A stretch of DNA of 64,000 nt from Chamaesiphon sp. (GTDB taxonomy: Bacteria > Cyanobacteriota > Cyanobacteriia > Cyanobacteriales > Chamaesiphonaceae). Positions 42,420 to 53,348 of this stretch are shown here, one piece after another. The translations under genes were made by a program, and so were the position numbers. The notes below the pieces were generated by a model. It was not told where the DNA came from and ran no database searches. It saw nothing but the letters and a program-made list of their open reading frames with translations. The stretch spans positions 32,001 through 96,000 of the forward strand of contig CBDFFH010000047.1 of the NCBI GenBank assembly GCA_965246715.1, in the 5' to 3' direction. Every line of letters starts with the position of its first letter. Position 1 is the stretch's first letter.

Positions 42420-42821
42420 ATGGCGGCACACGATACTATCTCAGACATGCTGACTCGCATTCGGAATGCGAGCATCGTCAAACATCAAACCACCAATCTA
42501 CCAGCCACAAAACTGACCCGTAGCATCGCTACGGTGCTCAGAACCGAAGGTTATGTCGGCGAGTATGAAGAAGTGGGCGAAGGCATCGACAAAAAATTGG
42601 TTCTGACGCTCAAATACAAAGGTAAAAATCGTCAACCGATTATTACCGCCCTCAAACGGGTGAGCAAGCCAGGCTTGCGCGTTTACTCCAACCACAAAGA
42701 CTTACCTAAAGTTTTGGGTGGGATCGGGATTGCCGTGATTTCTACTTCTAGTGGGATTATGACCGATCGTGAAGCCCGCAAACAAGGTTTGGGTGGTGAA
42801 GTTCTCTGTTACGTCTGGTAA
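42420..42821 (+). CDS. rpsH: 30S ribosomal protein S8
   Basis: [30 protein letters not shown]. Confidence 0.98.
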   Translation: MAAHDTISDMLTRIRNASIVKHQTTNLPATKLTRSIATVLRTEGYVGEYEEVGEGIDKKLVLTLKYKGKNRQPIITALKRVSKPGLRVYSNHKDLPKVLGGIGIAVISTSSGIMTDREARKQGLGGEVLCYVW

Positions 42822-42975
42822 CAGTTTTCTGTCCGGTAGTAAGTTGAAGTCCACCTGTGATTTCACTAAGTTTAGTAATTTTAACCCTGCTAGATCGTAC
42901 TCCCCTGGCTCAACCGTTCGTAGCCTGAACGCATCCGAACATCGCGATTTAATTGACAAGGAGTAAATATTAATT

Positions 42976-43521
42976 ATGTCCAGAATTGGTAAGCGTCCAA
43001 TTCCTTTACCTGCCAAAGTTACCGTCACCCTCGACGGTCAGTCGGTAGTAGTTAAAGGCCCTAAAGGCGAACTTTCTAGAGTTCTGCCCCCAGAAGTAGT
43101 TATCTTGATGGAAGGCGAAACTATCGTCGTCAATCGGGCGAATGAGTCCCGTCCCGCCCGTCAACGTCATGGCTTGTGTCGGACGTTAGTTGCCAATATG
43201 GTTGAAGGTGTCTCGACTGGTTTCCAGAAACGACTCGACATCCAAGGTGTCGGTTATCGGGCCGCCGTTGACAGTAACGTACTCACTCTCAACGTGGGCT
43301 ACAGTCTCCCAGTCAAAATTACGCCTCCTGCGGGAATTACTGTCGAAGTTCCCAAGGAAAAAAATACTAGTGTAATCATCAGTGGGATCGATAAAGAATT
43401 AGTTGGCAACACTGCTGCTAAGATCCGCGACGTGCGCCCGCCGGAAGTATACAAAGGTAAAGGTATTCGTTACGAAGGTGAAGTCGTCCGTCGTAAAGCT
43501 GGTAAATCTGGTAAGAAATAG
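42976..43521 (+). CDS. rplF: 50S ribosomal protein L6
   Basis: [21 protein letters not shown]. Confidence 0.98.
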   Translation: MSRIGKRPIPLPAKVTVTLDGQSVVVKGPKGELSRVLPPEVVILMEGETIVVNRANESRPARQRHGLCRTLVANMVEGVSTGFQKRLDIQGVGYRAAVDSNVLTLNVGYSLPVKITPPAGITVEVPKEKNTSVIISGIDKELVGNTAAKIRDVRPPEVYKGKGIRYEGEVVRRKAGKSGKK

Positions 43522-43529
43522 AATATAAA

Positions 43530-43892
43530 ATGAAACTAACTCGTAAAGAATCTCTCCACCGCCGCCATCGTCGCGTGCGGAAAGATGTCAACGGTTCGAC
43601 CGCACGTCCTCGGTTGGCAGTATTTAGATCCCACCAACACATCTACGCTCAAGTGATCGATGATGTCGAGCAACATACGATCGTTGCGGCATCCAGTCTC
43701 GAACCAGAACTCAAATCTCGGTTGACTAGTGGTGGTAACGCTGCTGCAGCCGTCGAAGTCGGGAAACTAGTTGCCGAACGTGCTAAAGCCAAAGGTATCG
43801 AAACTGTCGTATTCGATCGCGGTGGCAACCTGTATCACGGTCGCGTCCAAGCATTGGCTGACGCTGCTCGCGAAGCTGGCTTGAATTTCTAA
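43530..43892 (+). CDS. rplR: 50S ribosomal protein L18
   Basis: [21 protein letters not shown]. Confidence 0.98.
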   Translation: MKLTRKESLHRRHRRVRKDVNGSTARPRLAVFRSHQHIYAQVIDDVEQHTIVAASSLEPELKSRLTSGGNAAAAVEVGKLVAERAKAKGIETVVFDRGGNLYHGRVQALADAAREAGLNF

Positions 43893-43987
43893 TAGTAAAT
43901 CAGTGGCTGGCGATCGACAATTAGTGAGCGATAATTAAACTATCGTTCGCGCCCGTGCTCTAGCTACTAACTCACAAATACAAGATT

Positions 43988-44608
43988 ATGGAAAAAGAAC
44001 AACAACAGCGTCGTGGCGGTGCTAGCGGTAGCGGTGGTCGTGACGGTGGCCGCGATGGCGGTCGTGACGGTGGTAATAAAGGCGGTAAAGGCGGTAAAGG
44101 CGGTAAAGATAGAGACAAAGATAAGGATAGCGCTTACCAAGAACGCGTAATTCAAATCCGTCGGGTCAGCAAGGTAGTTAAGGGTGGTAAAAAACTCAGC
44201 TTCCGCGCCATCGTTGTCATCGGTAACGAGAAAGGTGAAGTCGGTGTAGGTGTTGGTAAAGCCAGCGACGTAATCGGCGCAGTCCGTAAAGGCGTAGCCG
44301 ATGGTAAAAAACACCTAATCACTATCCCTTTAACTAAATCTAATACCATTCCGCATCCGATCGTCGGTGGTGGCGGTGGTGCTAACGTGATGATGCGTCC
44401 CGCAGCTCCTGGTACTGGAGTAATTGCTGGTGGTGCTGTGCGTACGGTATTAGAACTCGCTGGAGTCAAAAATATCCTGGCAAAACAACTCGGTTCTGGC
44501 AACCCGCTCAATAATGCCCGTGCCGCAGTCAACGCGCTCAAAACTCTCCGGAGCTTCAGCCAAGTCGCCGAAGATCGCGGCGTAACCGTTGCAAGTCTCT
44601 TCGCCTAA
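43988..44608 (+). CDS. rpsE: 30S ribosomal protein S5 with Gly-rich N-terminal extension
   Basis: [18 protein letters not shown]. Confidence 0.97.
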   Translation: MEKEQQQRRGGASGSGGRDGGRDGGRDGGNKGGKGGKGGKDRDKDKDSAYQERVIQIRRVSKVVKGGKKLSFRAIVVIGNEKGEVGVGVGKASDVIGAVRKGVADGKKHLITIPLTKSNTIPHPIVGGGGGANVMMRPAAPGTGVIAGGAVRTVLELAGVKNILAKQLGSGNPLNNARAAVNALKTLRSFSQVAEDRGVTVASLFA

Positions 44609-44610
44609 AA

Positions 44611-44749
44611 ATTCCCCTCCACGGAGGGGTGCCCGATAGGGCTGCTGGTCGGGTGACCCGCCCAGTGGGGTGGGTCTAACGCTGGCTGTGGGGTTAATCT
44701 CTGCTTAGTGTCAAACCCCCTAGGGTACTCACAAGGGGCACCCCTACAG
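44611..44749. repeat. Cluster of REP-like palindromes
   Basis: CCCCTCC..GGAGGGG unit with a 24-nt nested insert (44611-44675), plus a GTAG-type REP at 44721-44749. Confidence 0.7.
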
Positions 44750-44786
44750 CCACTATCCACCATCCACTATTTACTATTCACTAAAC

Positions 44787-45230
44787 ATGAGATTAACAGA
44801 TCTAAAACCCAAAGCGGGTTCTAAACACCGCAAACGCCGCGTCGGTCGAGGTATCGCTGCTGGACAAGGTGCGAGTGGCGGTTTTGGGATGCGGGGTCAA
44901 AAATCCCGTTCTGGTAGCCCGACCCGTCCTGGGTTTGAAGGCGGTCAAATGCCCCTCTATCGGCGGTTACCCAAACTCAAGCATTTCCCACTAATCAACC
45001 AAAAAGTTTATACCGTAATTAACGTTCGCTGCTTGGCTGAATTGCCAGCAAATAGCGAAGTTACCCTTCAAACATTGATGGCAGCAGGCATTGTTACTAC
45101 CAATGATGGGCCGTTGAAACTATTAGGTGACGGTGAACTCGCAGTTGCACTCAATTGTAAGGCTGCGGCATTTACAACTGGAGCAAAAACCAAGATTGAA
45201 GCCGCTGGCGGTACTTGTGAAATTATCTAG
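44787..45230 (+). CDS. rplO: 50S ribosomal protein L15
   Basis: [26 protein letters not shown]. Confidence 0.98.
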   Translation: MRLTDLKPKAGSKHRKRRVGRGIAAGQGASGGFGMRGQKSRSGSPTRPGFEGGQMPLYRRLPKLKHFPLINQKVYTVINVRCLAELPANSEVTLQTLMAAGIVTTNDGPLKLLGDGELAVALNCKAAAFTTGAKTKIEAAGGTCEII

Positions 45231-45277
45231 GATGTCTGAATCCCAGAACAATAATCACCAATCAAAAAATTGGAACT

Positions 45278-45323
45278 ACTCCAGTATTGCCGATCGCGCG
45301 ATCGACAGTGCTGGAGTGTTTTT
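45278..45323 (+). terminator. Terminator-like hairpin after rplO
   Basis: actccagtattg-ccgatcgcgcgatcga-cagtgctggagt followed by a T run. Confidence 0.6.
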
Positions 45324-45429
45324 CATCAATACCACGAGCGACAGTAAACTTGTATACTTAAACTCATAAGAGTAATAGTTCTTTATATTTCAGCGTTGAG
45401 ATTAAATAAATTTGTCGAGGTGATTTTAG

Positions 45430-46749
45430 ATGGACGCTAGTAGAGAAAAAGCGCCATCCGCTCAAGAGACATTCGTACAGATGGCTCAGGCGGCTGGTTT
45501 GAGGGGGAGAATTTTAGTAACGCTCGGCTTGCTGATTTTGGCACGCTTGGGGACATTCGTGCCCGTACCGGGGATCGATCGCGTGGCTTTCGGTAAAGAT
45601 CTCGCAAATAGTCCAGCTACGGGCTTTCTAGATATCTTCTCTGGGGGTGCTTTATCCACAGTTGGGATCTTTGCGCTGGGGATCATTCCCTATATCAACG
45701 CTTCGATTATTATTCAGTTGCTGACAACTGCGCTCCCTTCACTCGAAAAACTGCAAAAAGAAGAAGGTGAGGCTGGACGACGGAAGATTTCTCAAATCAC
45801 CCGGTATATTGCTGGTGGTTGGTCGATTGCTTATAGTGTCGGGATTGCCCTTTGGCTCCAAAAGTATGCACTTCCCGGTCATGCAGGGCCATTCTTTGTC
45901 GCGAGTACCATTTTGGCTTTGGCAGCTGGCTCGATGTTTGTGATGTGGATATCAGAACTAATCACCGAACGGGGGATTGGTAACGGTGCTTCATTACTAA
46001 TTTTCCTCAACATCGTTGCTGTTTTCCCCAAATCATTACAAAATACCTTCGACCTCGCACAAAACGATAGTTCGGTACTTACCAAGACAGTAGCATTGCT
46101 AGCAGTGTTTGTAGTGATGACTGTGGGTATCGTCTTTGTTCAAGAAGGCACGCGCCGGATTCCGATCATCTCAGCTCGTCGTCAAGTCGGTCGGAGAATC
46201 CAACGCGAACGGACTAGCTACCTCCCACTTCGGCTCAACCAAGGTGGCGTAATGCCGATTATTTTTGCATCTTCGGTATTAATTCTGCCCAATTTCCTGG
46301 CTACCTCTCTGGGTAAAGGTCCAGTCGGTAATATTGTCAATCAGATTAATAGCTTTCTCGCACCACAAACCCCTGGACACATCGCTTTCTATGTGATCTT
46401 GATTGTTTTCTTTAGCTATTTCTACAGTTCTCTGGTCGTGAACCCCGTCGATATGGCGCAAAATCTCAAGAAAATGGGTGCGAGTATTCCTGGCATTCGC
46501 CCAGGGGTAGCTACGAGTAAATACATCGAAGGGATCCTCACTCGACTCACTTTACTAGGAGCGATCTTTTTAGGAGTCGTCGCTACGGTACCAACCGCGA
46601 TCGAAAGTGCGTTGAACGTGACCACCTTTCGAGGTTTTGGAGCGACTTCACTCTTAATTTTAGTGAGTGTTGCGATCGATACCGCCAAGCAAATTCAAAC
46701 CCTCGTAATTTCGCAACGTTACGAAGGCATGGTCAATAGCAAAGACTAG
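45430..46749 (+). CDS. secY: Preprotein translocase subunit SecY
   Basis: IFALGIIPYINASII, GIGNGASLLIF, GATSLLI. Confidence 0.98.
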   Translation: MDASREKAPSAQETFVQMAQAAGLRGRILVTLGLLILARLGTFVPVPGIDRVAFGKDLANSPATGFLDIFSGGALSTVGIFALGIIPYINASIIIQLLTTALPSLEKLQKEEGEAGRRKISQITRYIAGGWSIAYSVGIALWLQKYALPGHAGPFFVASTILALAAGSMFVMWISELITERGIGNGASLLIFLNIVAVFPKSLQNTFDLAQNDSSVLTKTVALLAVFVVMTVGIVFVQEGTRRIPIISARRQVGRRIQRERTSYLPLRLNQGGVMPIIFASSVLILPNFLATSLGKGPVGNIVNQINSFLAPQTPGHIAFYVILIVFFSYFYSSLVVNPVDMAQNLKKMGASIPGIRPGVATSKYIEGILTRLTLLGAIFLGVVATVPTAIESALNVTTFRGFGATSLLILVSVAIDTAKQIQTLVISQRYEGMVNSKD

Positions 46750-46875
46750 GTATCGAACAGTGGACAGTGGATAGTGAATATTGGCTAGTGGCTAGTAGTT
46801 AGTGACTAGGGTAATTCAAAATCCCCTTCCACTGACTTAGCTGTTAATTATTTATTCATCCACATATCCACCGCT

Positions 46876-47439
46876 ATGACTAGACTAATTTTTCTCGGTG
46901 CCCCTGGTGCAGGTAAAGGCACACAAGCGCAGATTTTGGCGAAATCTTGCGGGATTCCGCATATTTCTACTGGCGATATTTTACGGGCTGAAGTTAAAGA
47001 CGCGACTGAGTTGGGTCTGCAAGCGAAATCTTTTATGAACAAAGGTGAGTTGGTACCTGACTCGCTGATTTTAGATATGATTCGCGGGCGATTAGCTCAG
47101 TCAGATACCAATACAGGTTGGATTTTAGATGGATTTCCGCGTAATGTCAGTCAAGCTGAATTCTTAGATAAATTACTGGCCGAGATCGGGCAAAATTACG
47201 ATTTTGCGATCGATCTCAATGTTCCCCAAGAAGTTCTAGTTGCACGGCTGTTGGAGCGTGCCAACATTCAAAATCGCCCCGATGACACCGAAGAGGTCAT
47301 CAGACGACGATTGGTGGTATATGACGACCAAACGGCACCACTGATCGATTACTATCAGCAAAAAGGTGTGTTTCGCTCGGTTGATGGCGATCGTGAGTTG
47401 AGTGCAGTCACCAAAGATTTAGAAGCGATCGTCAACTAA
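46876..47439 (+). CDS. adk: Adenylate kinase (short form)
   Basis: GAPGAGKGTQA, HISTGD, LDGFPR. Confidence 0.97.
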   Translation: MTRLIFLGAPGAGKGTQAQILAKSCGIPHISTGDILRAEVKDATELGLQAKSFMNKGELVPDSLILDMIRGRLAQSDTNTGWILDGFPRNVSQAEFLDKLLAEIGQNYDFAIDLNVPQEVLVARLLERANIQNRPDDTEEVIRRRLVVYDDQTAPLIDYYQQKGVFRSVDGDRELSAVTKDLEAIVN

Positions 47440-47638
47440 ATAGGTAACGTGCTAATGATATTCGGCAGATTTGTAACTTCCAAACCATTCGCACCGATTC
47501 TCTACCCCCTGTTAAAATAAGAATAGATCTTGTAATTATAGATAAATTCCTGGCATTTGCCATGTTTTCGATCCGAGCGCACTTTAGTCCAACGAGATCG
47601 TTAATTCGTCCATCATCCCAATTTGAGGTAAATAATAC

Positions 47639-47866
47639 TTGTCTAAGCAAGATTTGATTGAAATGGAAGGCACGGTCACAGAATCCTTGCCTAACGCGAT
47701 GTTCCGAGTAGATCTGGATAATGGGTTTAACGTTTTAGCCCATATCTCTGGTAAAATTCGGCGTAACTATATTAAAATTCTTCCTGGCGATCGAGTCAAG
47801 GTCGAACTCACCCCTTACGATCTCAGCAAAGGGCGGATTACCTACCGTCTGCGGAATAAAAAATAA
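47639..47866 (+). CDS. infA: Translation initiation factor IF-1 (TTG start)
   Basis: [22 protein letters not shown]. Confidence 0.97.
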   Translation: MSKQDLIEMEGTVTESLPNAMFRVDLDNGFNVLAHISGKIRRNYIKILPGDRVKVELTPYDLSKGRITYRLRNKK

Positions 47867-48007
47867 CTAGATTACCCCAAATCTAGCCCTAATTTTAGTG
47901 ATTCTCCCACTGGCGGATCGTCCCCCAGTGAAATTGCCGTGAAATTACGGCTAACAAATAGTTGAAAAATGTTATAATATTAAGCTTGCAGTGTTGACAA
48001 AATTGGC

Positions 48008-48121
48008 ATGAAAGTCCGAGCGTCTGTCAAAAAGATTTGTGAAAAGTGTCGCGTGATTCGTCGTCGCGGCAGGGTGATGGTGATTTGTGTCATCCCCAAA
48101 CATAAACAACGTCAAGGTTAG
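48008..48121 (+). CDS. rpmJ: 50S ribosomal protein L36 (not in the ORF track)
   Basis: Hand translation: [37 protein letters not shown]. Confidence 0.97.
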   Translation: MKVRASVKKICEKCRVIRRRGRVMVICVIPKHKQRQG

Positions 48122-48280
48122 ATGGCTAGTCCAGGTTGCTAGTTAGTCATCAACCCTTCGTACATGGAATGACGATCGAATGCGAAAAGATCGAGCGGGC
48201 GAGTTGCTTCAGTCCCAGACCGAACCTTTTCCTTCGCAATCGTCGCACCGAAAAGAGCAAAGTATAGTGGAGAAACAAGT

Positions 48281-48664
48281 GTGGCACGGATAGCAGGTGT
48301 AGACCTCCCCCGCGACAAGCGAGTGGAAATCGGTCTGACATACATCTTCGGTATCGGCTTAACCCGATCCAAAGAAGTATTAGCAAAAACGGGTGTAAAC
48401 CCCGATACGCGCGTCAAAGATCTTTCGGAAGCAGATGTGGCGCTGTTACGCGAACGCGTAGAAGGCGACTATCAAATTGAAGGTGACTTGCGGCGCTGGG
48501 AATCGATGAATATCAAGCGATTGGTAGACATCGGTTCGTATCGTGGCCGGAGACACCGGATGGGTCTGCCAGTACGCGGACAACGGACGCGGACTAACGC
48601 ACGTACCCGTCGCGGTCGTCGCGCTACCGTCGCTGGGAAGAAGAAAGCTCCCGGCAAGAAATAA
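48281..48664 (+). CDS. rpsM: 30S ribosomal protein S13
   Basis: [25 protein letters not shown]. Confidence 0.98.
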   Translation: MARIAGVDLPRDKRVEIGLTYIFGIGLTRSKEVLAKTGVNPDTRVKDLSEADVALLRERVEGDYQIEGDLRRWESMNIKRLVDIGSYRGRRHRMGLPVRGQRTRTNARTRRGRRATVAGKKKAPGKK

Positions 48665-48948
48665 CATGGTTCGATGGTTGTGGCAACCTGAAAATAGCCA
48701 ATTGGCGATTAGTAGCTCTATGCTTGTCTCCGCGCTACCCAAATTCGGTAGTCCAGCAGGTCGATGTTACTCCTCGCCAATTAGTGTGTCTGAAACTAAA
48801 GTCACAACTACCGATCGCTGCTTGAAGATTGAAGCTCCGGTACCGTTCATCCGGTTTAATCTCATCAAGCGATCGCCGATAATCGAACCCGACCGCAGTG
48901 GATGTTGAAATCGATCACCTCTTGTATAATTTTCAAACTTAGACCGAC

Positions 48949-49344
48949 ATGGCTCGACAACCTAGTAAAAAGACTGGCCCTAAAAAGCAGAAGCGCAACG
49001 TCCCTAGCGGTGTAGCGTATATCCAGTCCACATTCAATAATACGATCGTCACCATTTCCGATACCAATGGCGATACGATCTCCTGGGCATCTAGTGGATC
49101 TAGTGGCTTCAAGGGCGCGAAAAAAGGTACTCCCTTTGCAGCGCAAACCGCAGCTGAAAGTGCCGGAAAACGGGCAATGGATCAGGGAATGCGCCAACTT
49201 GAAGTCATGGTCAGCGGCCCCGGTGCGGGACGGGAAACAGCAATTCGCGCGCTTCAAGGTGCAGGGTTAGAAATTACCCTCATTCGCGATGTTACGCCGA
49301 TTCCCCACAATGGCTGTCGTCCGCCAAAAAGACGCAGAGTCTAG
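48949..49344 (+). CDS. rpsK: 30S ribosomal protein S11
   Basis: [21 protein letters not shown]. Confidence 0.98.
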   Translation: MARQPSKKTGPKKQKRNVPSGVAYIQSTFNNTIVTISDTNGDTISWASSGSSGFKGAKKGTPFAAQTAAESAGKRAMDQGMRQLEVMVSGPGAGRETAIRALQGAGLEITLIRDVTPIPHNGCRPPKRRRV

Positions 49345-49480
49345 AATAATTCAAACTTCAAACTTCAAATTCCCAATTTGAGTTTTGGTGGTTGGGTAGT
49401 TACGCTGACAGGGATGAACAGCTGTAAGGCTGCAATCCAAAATTTAAATGCAAGTACAAACTGGGTAGGGAGGTCACTCT

Positions 49481-50464
49481 GTGGCGCAGTTTCAGATCGA
49501 GTGTGTAGAGTCCAAGACCGAGTCAAATCAAAGTCAATATAGCAAATTCGTACTAGAAGCCCTCGATCGAGGCCAAGGTACGACCATCGGTAACGCTTTA
49601 CGGCGGGTACTGTTGTCCAACTTAGAAGGGACAGCAATCACTGCGGTACGGGTCGCTGGGTTGATTAGAGACGAAAAAACTGGGGTTAGACCCGGTACCG
49701 TCAACCATGAGTTTGCTACCTTAGTCGGCGTGCGGCAGGATGTGTTAGAACTTCTGCTCAACATGAAAGAGGTCAAACTCAAAAGTTACACGTCGCAACC
49801 CCAGATCGGCCGCTTGAATGTCGTCGGGCCAGCTGAAGTCACAACCGCTGATTTCGAGCTACCTTCCGAAGTTGAAGTCGTCGATCCCGGCCAATATGTC
49901 GCCACAGTCGCTGAAGGTGGCAAATTGGAAATGGAATTTAGAATCGAGCGTGGCAAGGGCTATCGATCGGTCGATAAATTCCGCGAACAAGGACTGGCAA
50001 TGGATCTGTTACAGATCGACGCGGTATTTATGCCAGTTACACTGGTTAATTACACTGTCGAAGATGTGCGGATCGATGGCGCAGTCGAAAAAGATCGCCT
50101 GATCCTCGAAATCTGGACGAATGGTAGTCTGACTCCCCAAGAGGCATTAAGCGATTCTGCCAAAATGTTGGTCGATCTGCTCAATCCACTCAAGGACATC
50201 AGCTTGGAATCTTTCCAACCAGATTATCCAGATGAAGAAGATCCGTCCAATCAAATTCCGATCGAGGAATTGAACCTCTCCGTTCGTGCATACAACTGCT
50301 TGAAACGGGCGCAAATCAATTCCGTCTCCGATCTAATGGGTTATACCCAAGAAGATCTCTTGGAAATCAAGAACTTTGGACTCAAATCGGCGGAGGAAGT
50401 AATTGAAGCGCTGGAAAAGCGACTCGGAATCAAACTCCCCCACGATAAATCCGTGAAAGTTTGA
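49481..50464 (+). CDS. rpoA: RNA polymerase alpha subunit
   Basis: GTTIGNALRRVLLS, LSVRAYNCLK, IKNFG.KS. Confidence 0.98.
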   Translation: MAQFQIECVESKTESNQSQYSKFVLEALDRGQGTTIGNALRRVLLSNLEGTAITAVRVAGLIRDEKTGVRPGTVNHEFATLVGVRQDVLELLLNMKEVKLKSYTSQPQIGRLNVVGPAEVTTADFELPSEVEVVDPGQYVATVAEGGKLEMEFRIERGKGYRSVDKFREQGLAMDLLQIDAVFMPVTLVNYTVEDVRIDGAVEKDRLILEIWTNGSLTPQEALSDSAKMLVDLLNPLKDISLESFQPDYPDEEDPSNQIPIEELNLSVRAYNCLKRAQINSVSDLMGYTQEDLLEIKNFGLKSAEEVIEALEKRLGIKLPHDKSVKV

Positions 50465-50514
50465 TTCTGAAACTCAACCCGTCCATACCGAATTAATACA
50501 ATAGGAGAAATATC

Positions 50515-50865
50515 ATGCGCCACCGCTGTCGCGTGCCCATGCTGGGCAGGCCAGCCGACCAACGCAAAGCTCTGTTACGGTCTTTAACTACCGAACTGAT
50601 CCGCCACGGTCGCATTACAACAACTCTGGTCAAAGCGAAAGCGATGCGCCCAGTAGTTGAGAAAATGGTTACATTGGCTAAATCTGGCACCCTGTCCGAT
50701 CGCCGCCTAGCAATGGGCTATATCTACGATAAAGATTTAGTCCACCTGTTATTCGAGCAAGCGCCCCAACGCTACGCCACTCGTCAAGGTGGTTATACTC
50801 GGGTCGTCCGTACTGTACCCCGTCGGGGCGACAATGCGGAAATGGCAATTATCGAGCTGATGTAG
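50515..50865 (+). CDS. rplQ: 50S ribosomal protein L17
   Basis: [20 protein letters not shown]. Confidence 0.98.
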   Translation: MRHRCRVPMLGRPADQRKALLRSLTTELIRHGRITTTLVKAKAMRPVVEKMVTLAKSGTLSDRRLAMGYIYDKDLVHLLFEQAPQRYATRQGGYTRVVRTVPRRGDNAEMAIIELM

Positions 50866-50904
50866 GCATCGATTCGCAACCTGCGAACTGTTATTTGTGT
50901 AGGA

Positions 50905-51747
50905 ATGGCGACTAAAAACCACAAACTCATAACTAACAACCCGCCGCAACGAATAGCTCTTGTCGTGCAGTATGCAGGTACTCACCTTTACGGCTGGCAA
51001 CGGCAGAGTCGCGGGCGCACAGTGCAATCAGAGATCGAAAGCGCGATCGCGCAGGTCATCGGTCACCCCGTTGTCATTTACGGCGCGGGACGTACCGATA
51101 GCGGCGTTCATGCCGCAGCACAGGTCGCTCACTTCGATAATCCTAGCGTGATTCCTGCCGAAAGGTGGGCAGCGATTCTCAACTCACGGTTGCCGGATGA
51201 TATCCTCATCCGCGCCTCTGCTGAAGTTCCAGAACGCTGGCACGCAAGATTTTCAGCTATCTATCGACGGTATCGGTACACCATCTATACGGCGAAACGA
51301 CCGAATCTGTTCGTCCGCCCTTATTGCTGGCATTACTATCACGAGCCGCTCGAATTAGCCCGAATGCAAGCAGCTGTAGCCCCTTTATTAGGTAAGCATC
51401 ATCTCGCTGCATTCCATCGATCGGATTCCGGTCGATCGCATTCCTGGGTTGACGTTCAAGATGTCGGCTGTCATCAGTCAGGCGAATTTATCCAGATTGA
51501 AATCCAAGCCAATGGCTTTCTCTACGGGATGGTACGACTGCTAGTGGGAATGCTAGTACAGGTAGGAAACGGCGATCTCACAGTTGCCCAATTCACCGAC
51601 ATCTGGCAAACCGAACAACGCGATCGCGTTAGGCATTCTGCTCCAGCTAAAGGGTTATGCTTACTCCGCGTCGGCTATCCAGATTTCCCCTTCGATAAGT
51701 CGATCTGGTACGATACCCAACCTCAATTTTTATTACCAAATAGTTAG
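50905..51747 (+). CDS. truA: tRNA pseudouridine(38-40) synthase
   Basis: GWQRQ, AGRTDSGVHA, HARFSA, GFLYGMVR. Confidence 0.97.
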   Translation: MATKNHKLITNNPPQRIALVVQYAGTHLYGWQRQSRGRTVQSEIESAIAQVIGHPVVIYGAGRTDSGVHAAAQVAHFDNPSVIPAERWAAILNSRLPDDILIRASAEVPERWHARFSAIYRRYRYTIYTAKRPNLFVRPYCWHYYHEPLELARMQAAVAPLLGKHHLAAFHRSDSGRSHSWVDVQDVGCHQSGEFIQIEIQANGFLYGMVRLLVGMLVQVGNGDLTVAQFTDIWQTEQRDRVRHSAPAKGLCLLRVGYPDFPFDKSIWYDTQPQFLLPNS

Positions 51748-51867
51748 TGGCTAGTGACTAGTGGCTAGTTAAAGAGTGGATAGTTAAATGACTATCAGCA
51801 AATAACTAGAAGCAAATAACAAATAACTGCTAACTGGTAATTGTTAACTGTTAACCGATCTAAAACC

Positions 51868-52317
51868 GTGGAAAAAACACACTTACCTACAGCAAATAAC
51901 AACGATGCCAAGTGGTATGTCGTTGATGCTGCCGACCAACGACTGGGCCGTTTAGCCAGTCAAATTGCCATGATTTTGCGTGGCAAAAACAAACCTACTT
52001 TTACTCCTCACATCGATACTGGCGATTTCGTCATCGTGATCAATGCTGAGAAAGTACAAGTAACCGGCAAAAAAAGCTCTCAGAAGATCTATCGCAGACA
52101 CTCTGGTCGTCCTGGTGGGATGAAAACGGAAGTTTTCGCCAAATTGCAAGTTCGGATCCCAGAGCGGATTATCGAAGTCGCAGTTAAAGGGATGTTACCC
52201 AAAAACTCGATGGGCAGACACCTATTTACCAAGATGAATGTCTACGCAGGTGCAGAGCATCCTCATGCAGCGCAAAAACCGGAAGTTTTAGTCATCGATA
52301 CTATTCCTAAGAACTAA
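51868..52317 (+). CDS. rplM: 50S ribosomal protein L13
   Basis: [24 protein letters not shown] 51868 taken as the start. Confidence 0.96.
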   Translation: MEKTHLPTANNNDAKWYVVDAADQRLGRLASQIAMILRGKNKPTFTPHIDTGDFVIVINAEKVQVTGKKSSQKIYRRHSGRPGGMKTEVFAKLQVRIPERIIEVAVKGMLPKNSMGRHLFTKMNVYAGAEHPHAAQKPEVLVIDTIPKN

Positions 52318-52326
52318 ATAATCATT

Positions 52327-52734
52327 ATGGCAGAAGCAAGTAAAAAAGCAGTTTACTGGGGCACGGGTCGCCGGAAATGCTCGATCGCCCGGGTTCGTCT
52401 CGTTCCTGGTACTGGTAAACTAGTAGTTAACGGCAGAACTGGCGAAGACTACTTCAATTATCAGAGTGGTTATGTCTCCGCAGCGAGATCTCCGCTCGAA
52501 ACTTTAGGTTTAGAAGCTGAGTACGATATCCTCGTTAACGCTCATGGTGGCGGTTTGACTGGACAATCGGATGCTGTTAAATTGGGTGTAGCACGCGCGT
52601 TGATCGAACTCGACCCCAACAACCGCAAACCGCTCAAAGTCGAAGGTTATCTCACTCGCGACCCACGTTGTGTGGAACGGAAGAAGTACGGTTTACACAA
52701 AGCACGGAAGGCTCCTCAGTACTCGAAACGTTAA
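52327..52734 (+). CDS. rpsI: 30S ribosomal protein S9
   Basis: [32 protein letters not shown]. Confidence 0.98.
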   Translation: MAEASKKAVYWGTGRRKCSIARVRLVPGTGKLVVNGRTGEDYFNYQSGYVSAARSPLETLGLEAEYDILVNAHGGGLTGQSDAVKLGVARALIELDPNNRKPLKVEGYLTRDPRCVERKKYGLHKARKAPQYSKR

Positions 52735-52850
52735 GTCGATTTTCGGTTATTGGCTATTGGTAATTGATGCTTGGTTAACGTTCAATCGAGCTTCAAGTAC
52801 TATTTCAGCTTAGAGCCATCAGGATCTTCTAAGGGCACATCTAACCCGTG

Positions 52851-52892
52851 ACCCACCTCGCCCACAAGGGGCACCCTTCCCAGGAGGGGAAT
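52851..52892. repeat. REP-like CCCCTCC/GGAGGGG family copy
   Basis: acccacctcgcccacaaggggcacccttcccaggaggggaat; related copies at 44611, 53258 and 57823. Confidence 0.7.
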
Positions 52893-52929
52893 TAGTTGAA
52901 ATTGCTAAAATAAATCCTAAACTAAAGTC

Positions 52930-53184
52930 ATGGCAAAAGCTGATATTCATCCTACTTGGTACCCAGAAGCCAAAGTTTATTGCAACGGTGAAGTTGTGAT
53001 GACTGTTGGTTCGACAAAGCCCGAACTACGCGTTGACGTGTGGTCTGGCAACCATCCCTTTTATACTGGGACCCAAAAAATCATCGATACCGAAGGTCGC
53101 GTCGATCGCTTCCTCAAAAAATACGGGATGTTGGATACTACTGCTCCTGCTGAAACTACCGCACCCGTCGAAGAACAGAAATAG
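52930..53184 (+). CDS. rpmE: 50S ribosomal protein L31
   Basis: [22 protein letters not shown]. Confidence 0.97.
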   Translation: MAKADIHPTWYPEAKVYCNGEVVMTVGSTKPELRVDVWSGNHPFYTGTQKIIDTEGRVDRFLKKYGMLDTTAPAETTAPVEEQK

Positions 53185-53196
53185 CGAACCTAATTT

Positions 53197-53242
53197 AAAA
53201 AACCTAGAGGTGCGAACATCAATTTCGTGTCTCTAGGTTTTT
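53197..53242 (+). terminator. Terminator-like hairpin after rpmE
   Basis: aaaaacctagag...ctctaggttttt. Confidence 0.6.
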
Positions 53243-53348
53243 CCGCATTTTTTCTTCATTCCCCTCCAGAGAGGGGTAGGGGTGGGTTAGAGTCTCGGGG
53301 GCAATCTATCCACTCAATTAGTACAACCCCCTATTCTCTATAAAAGTC

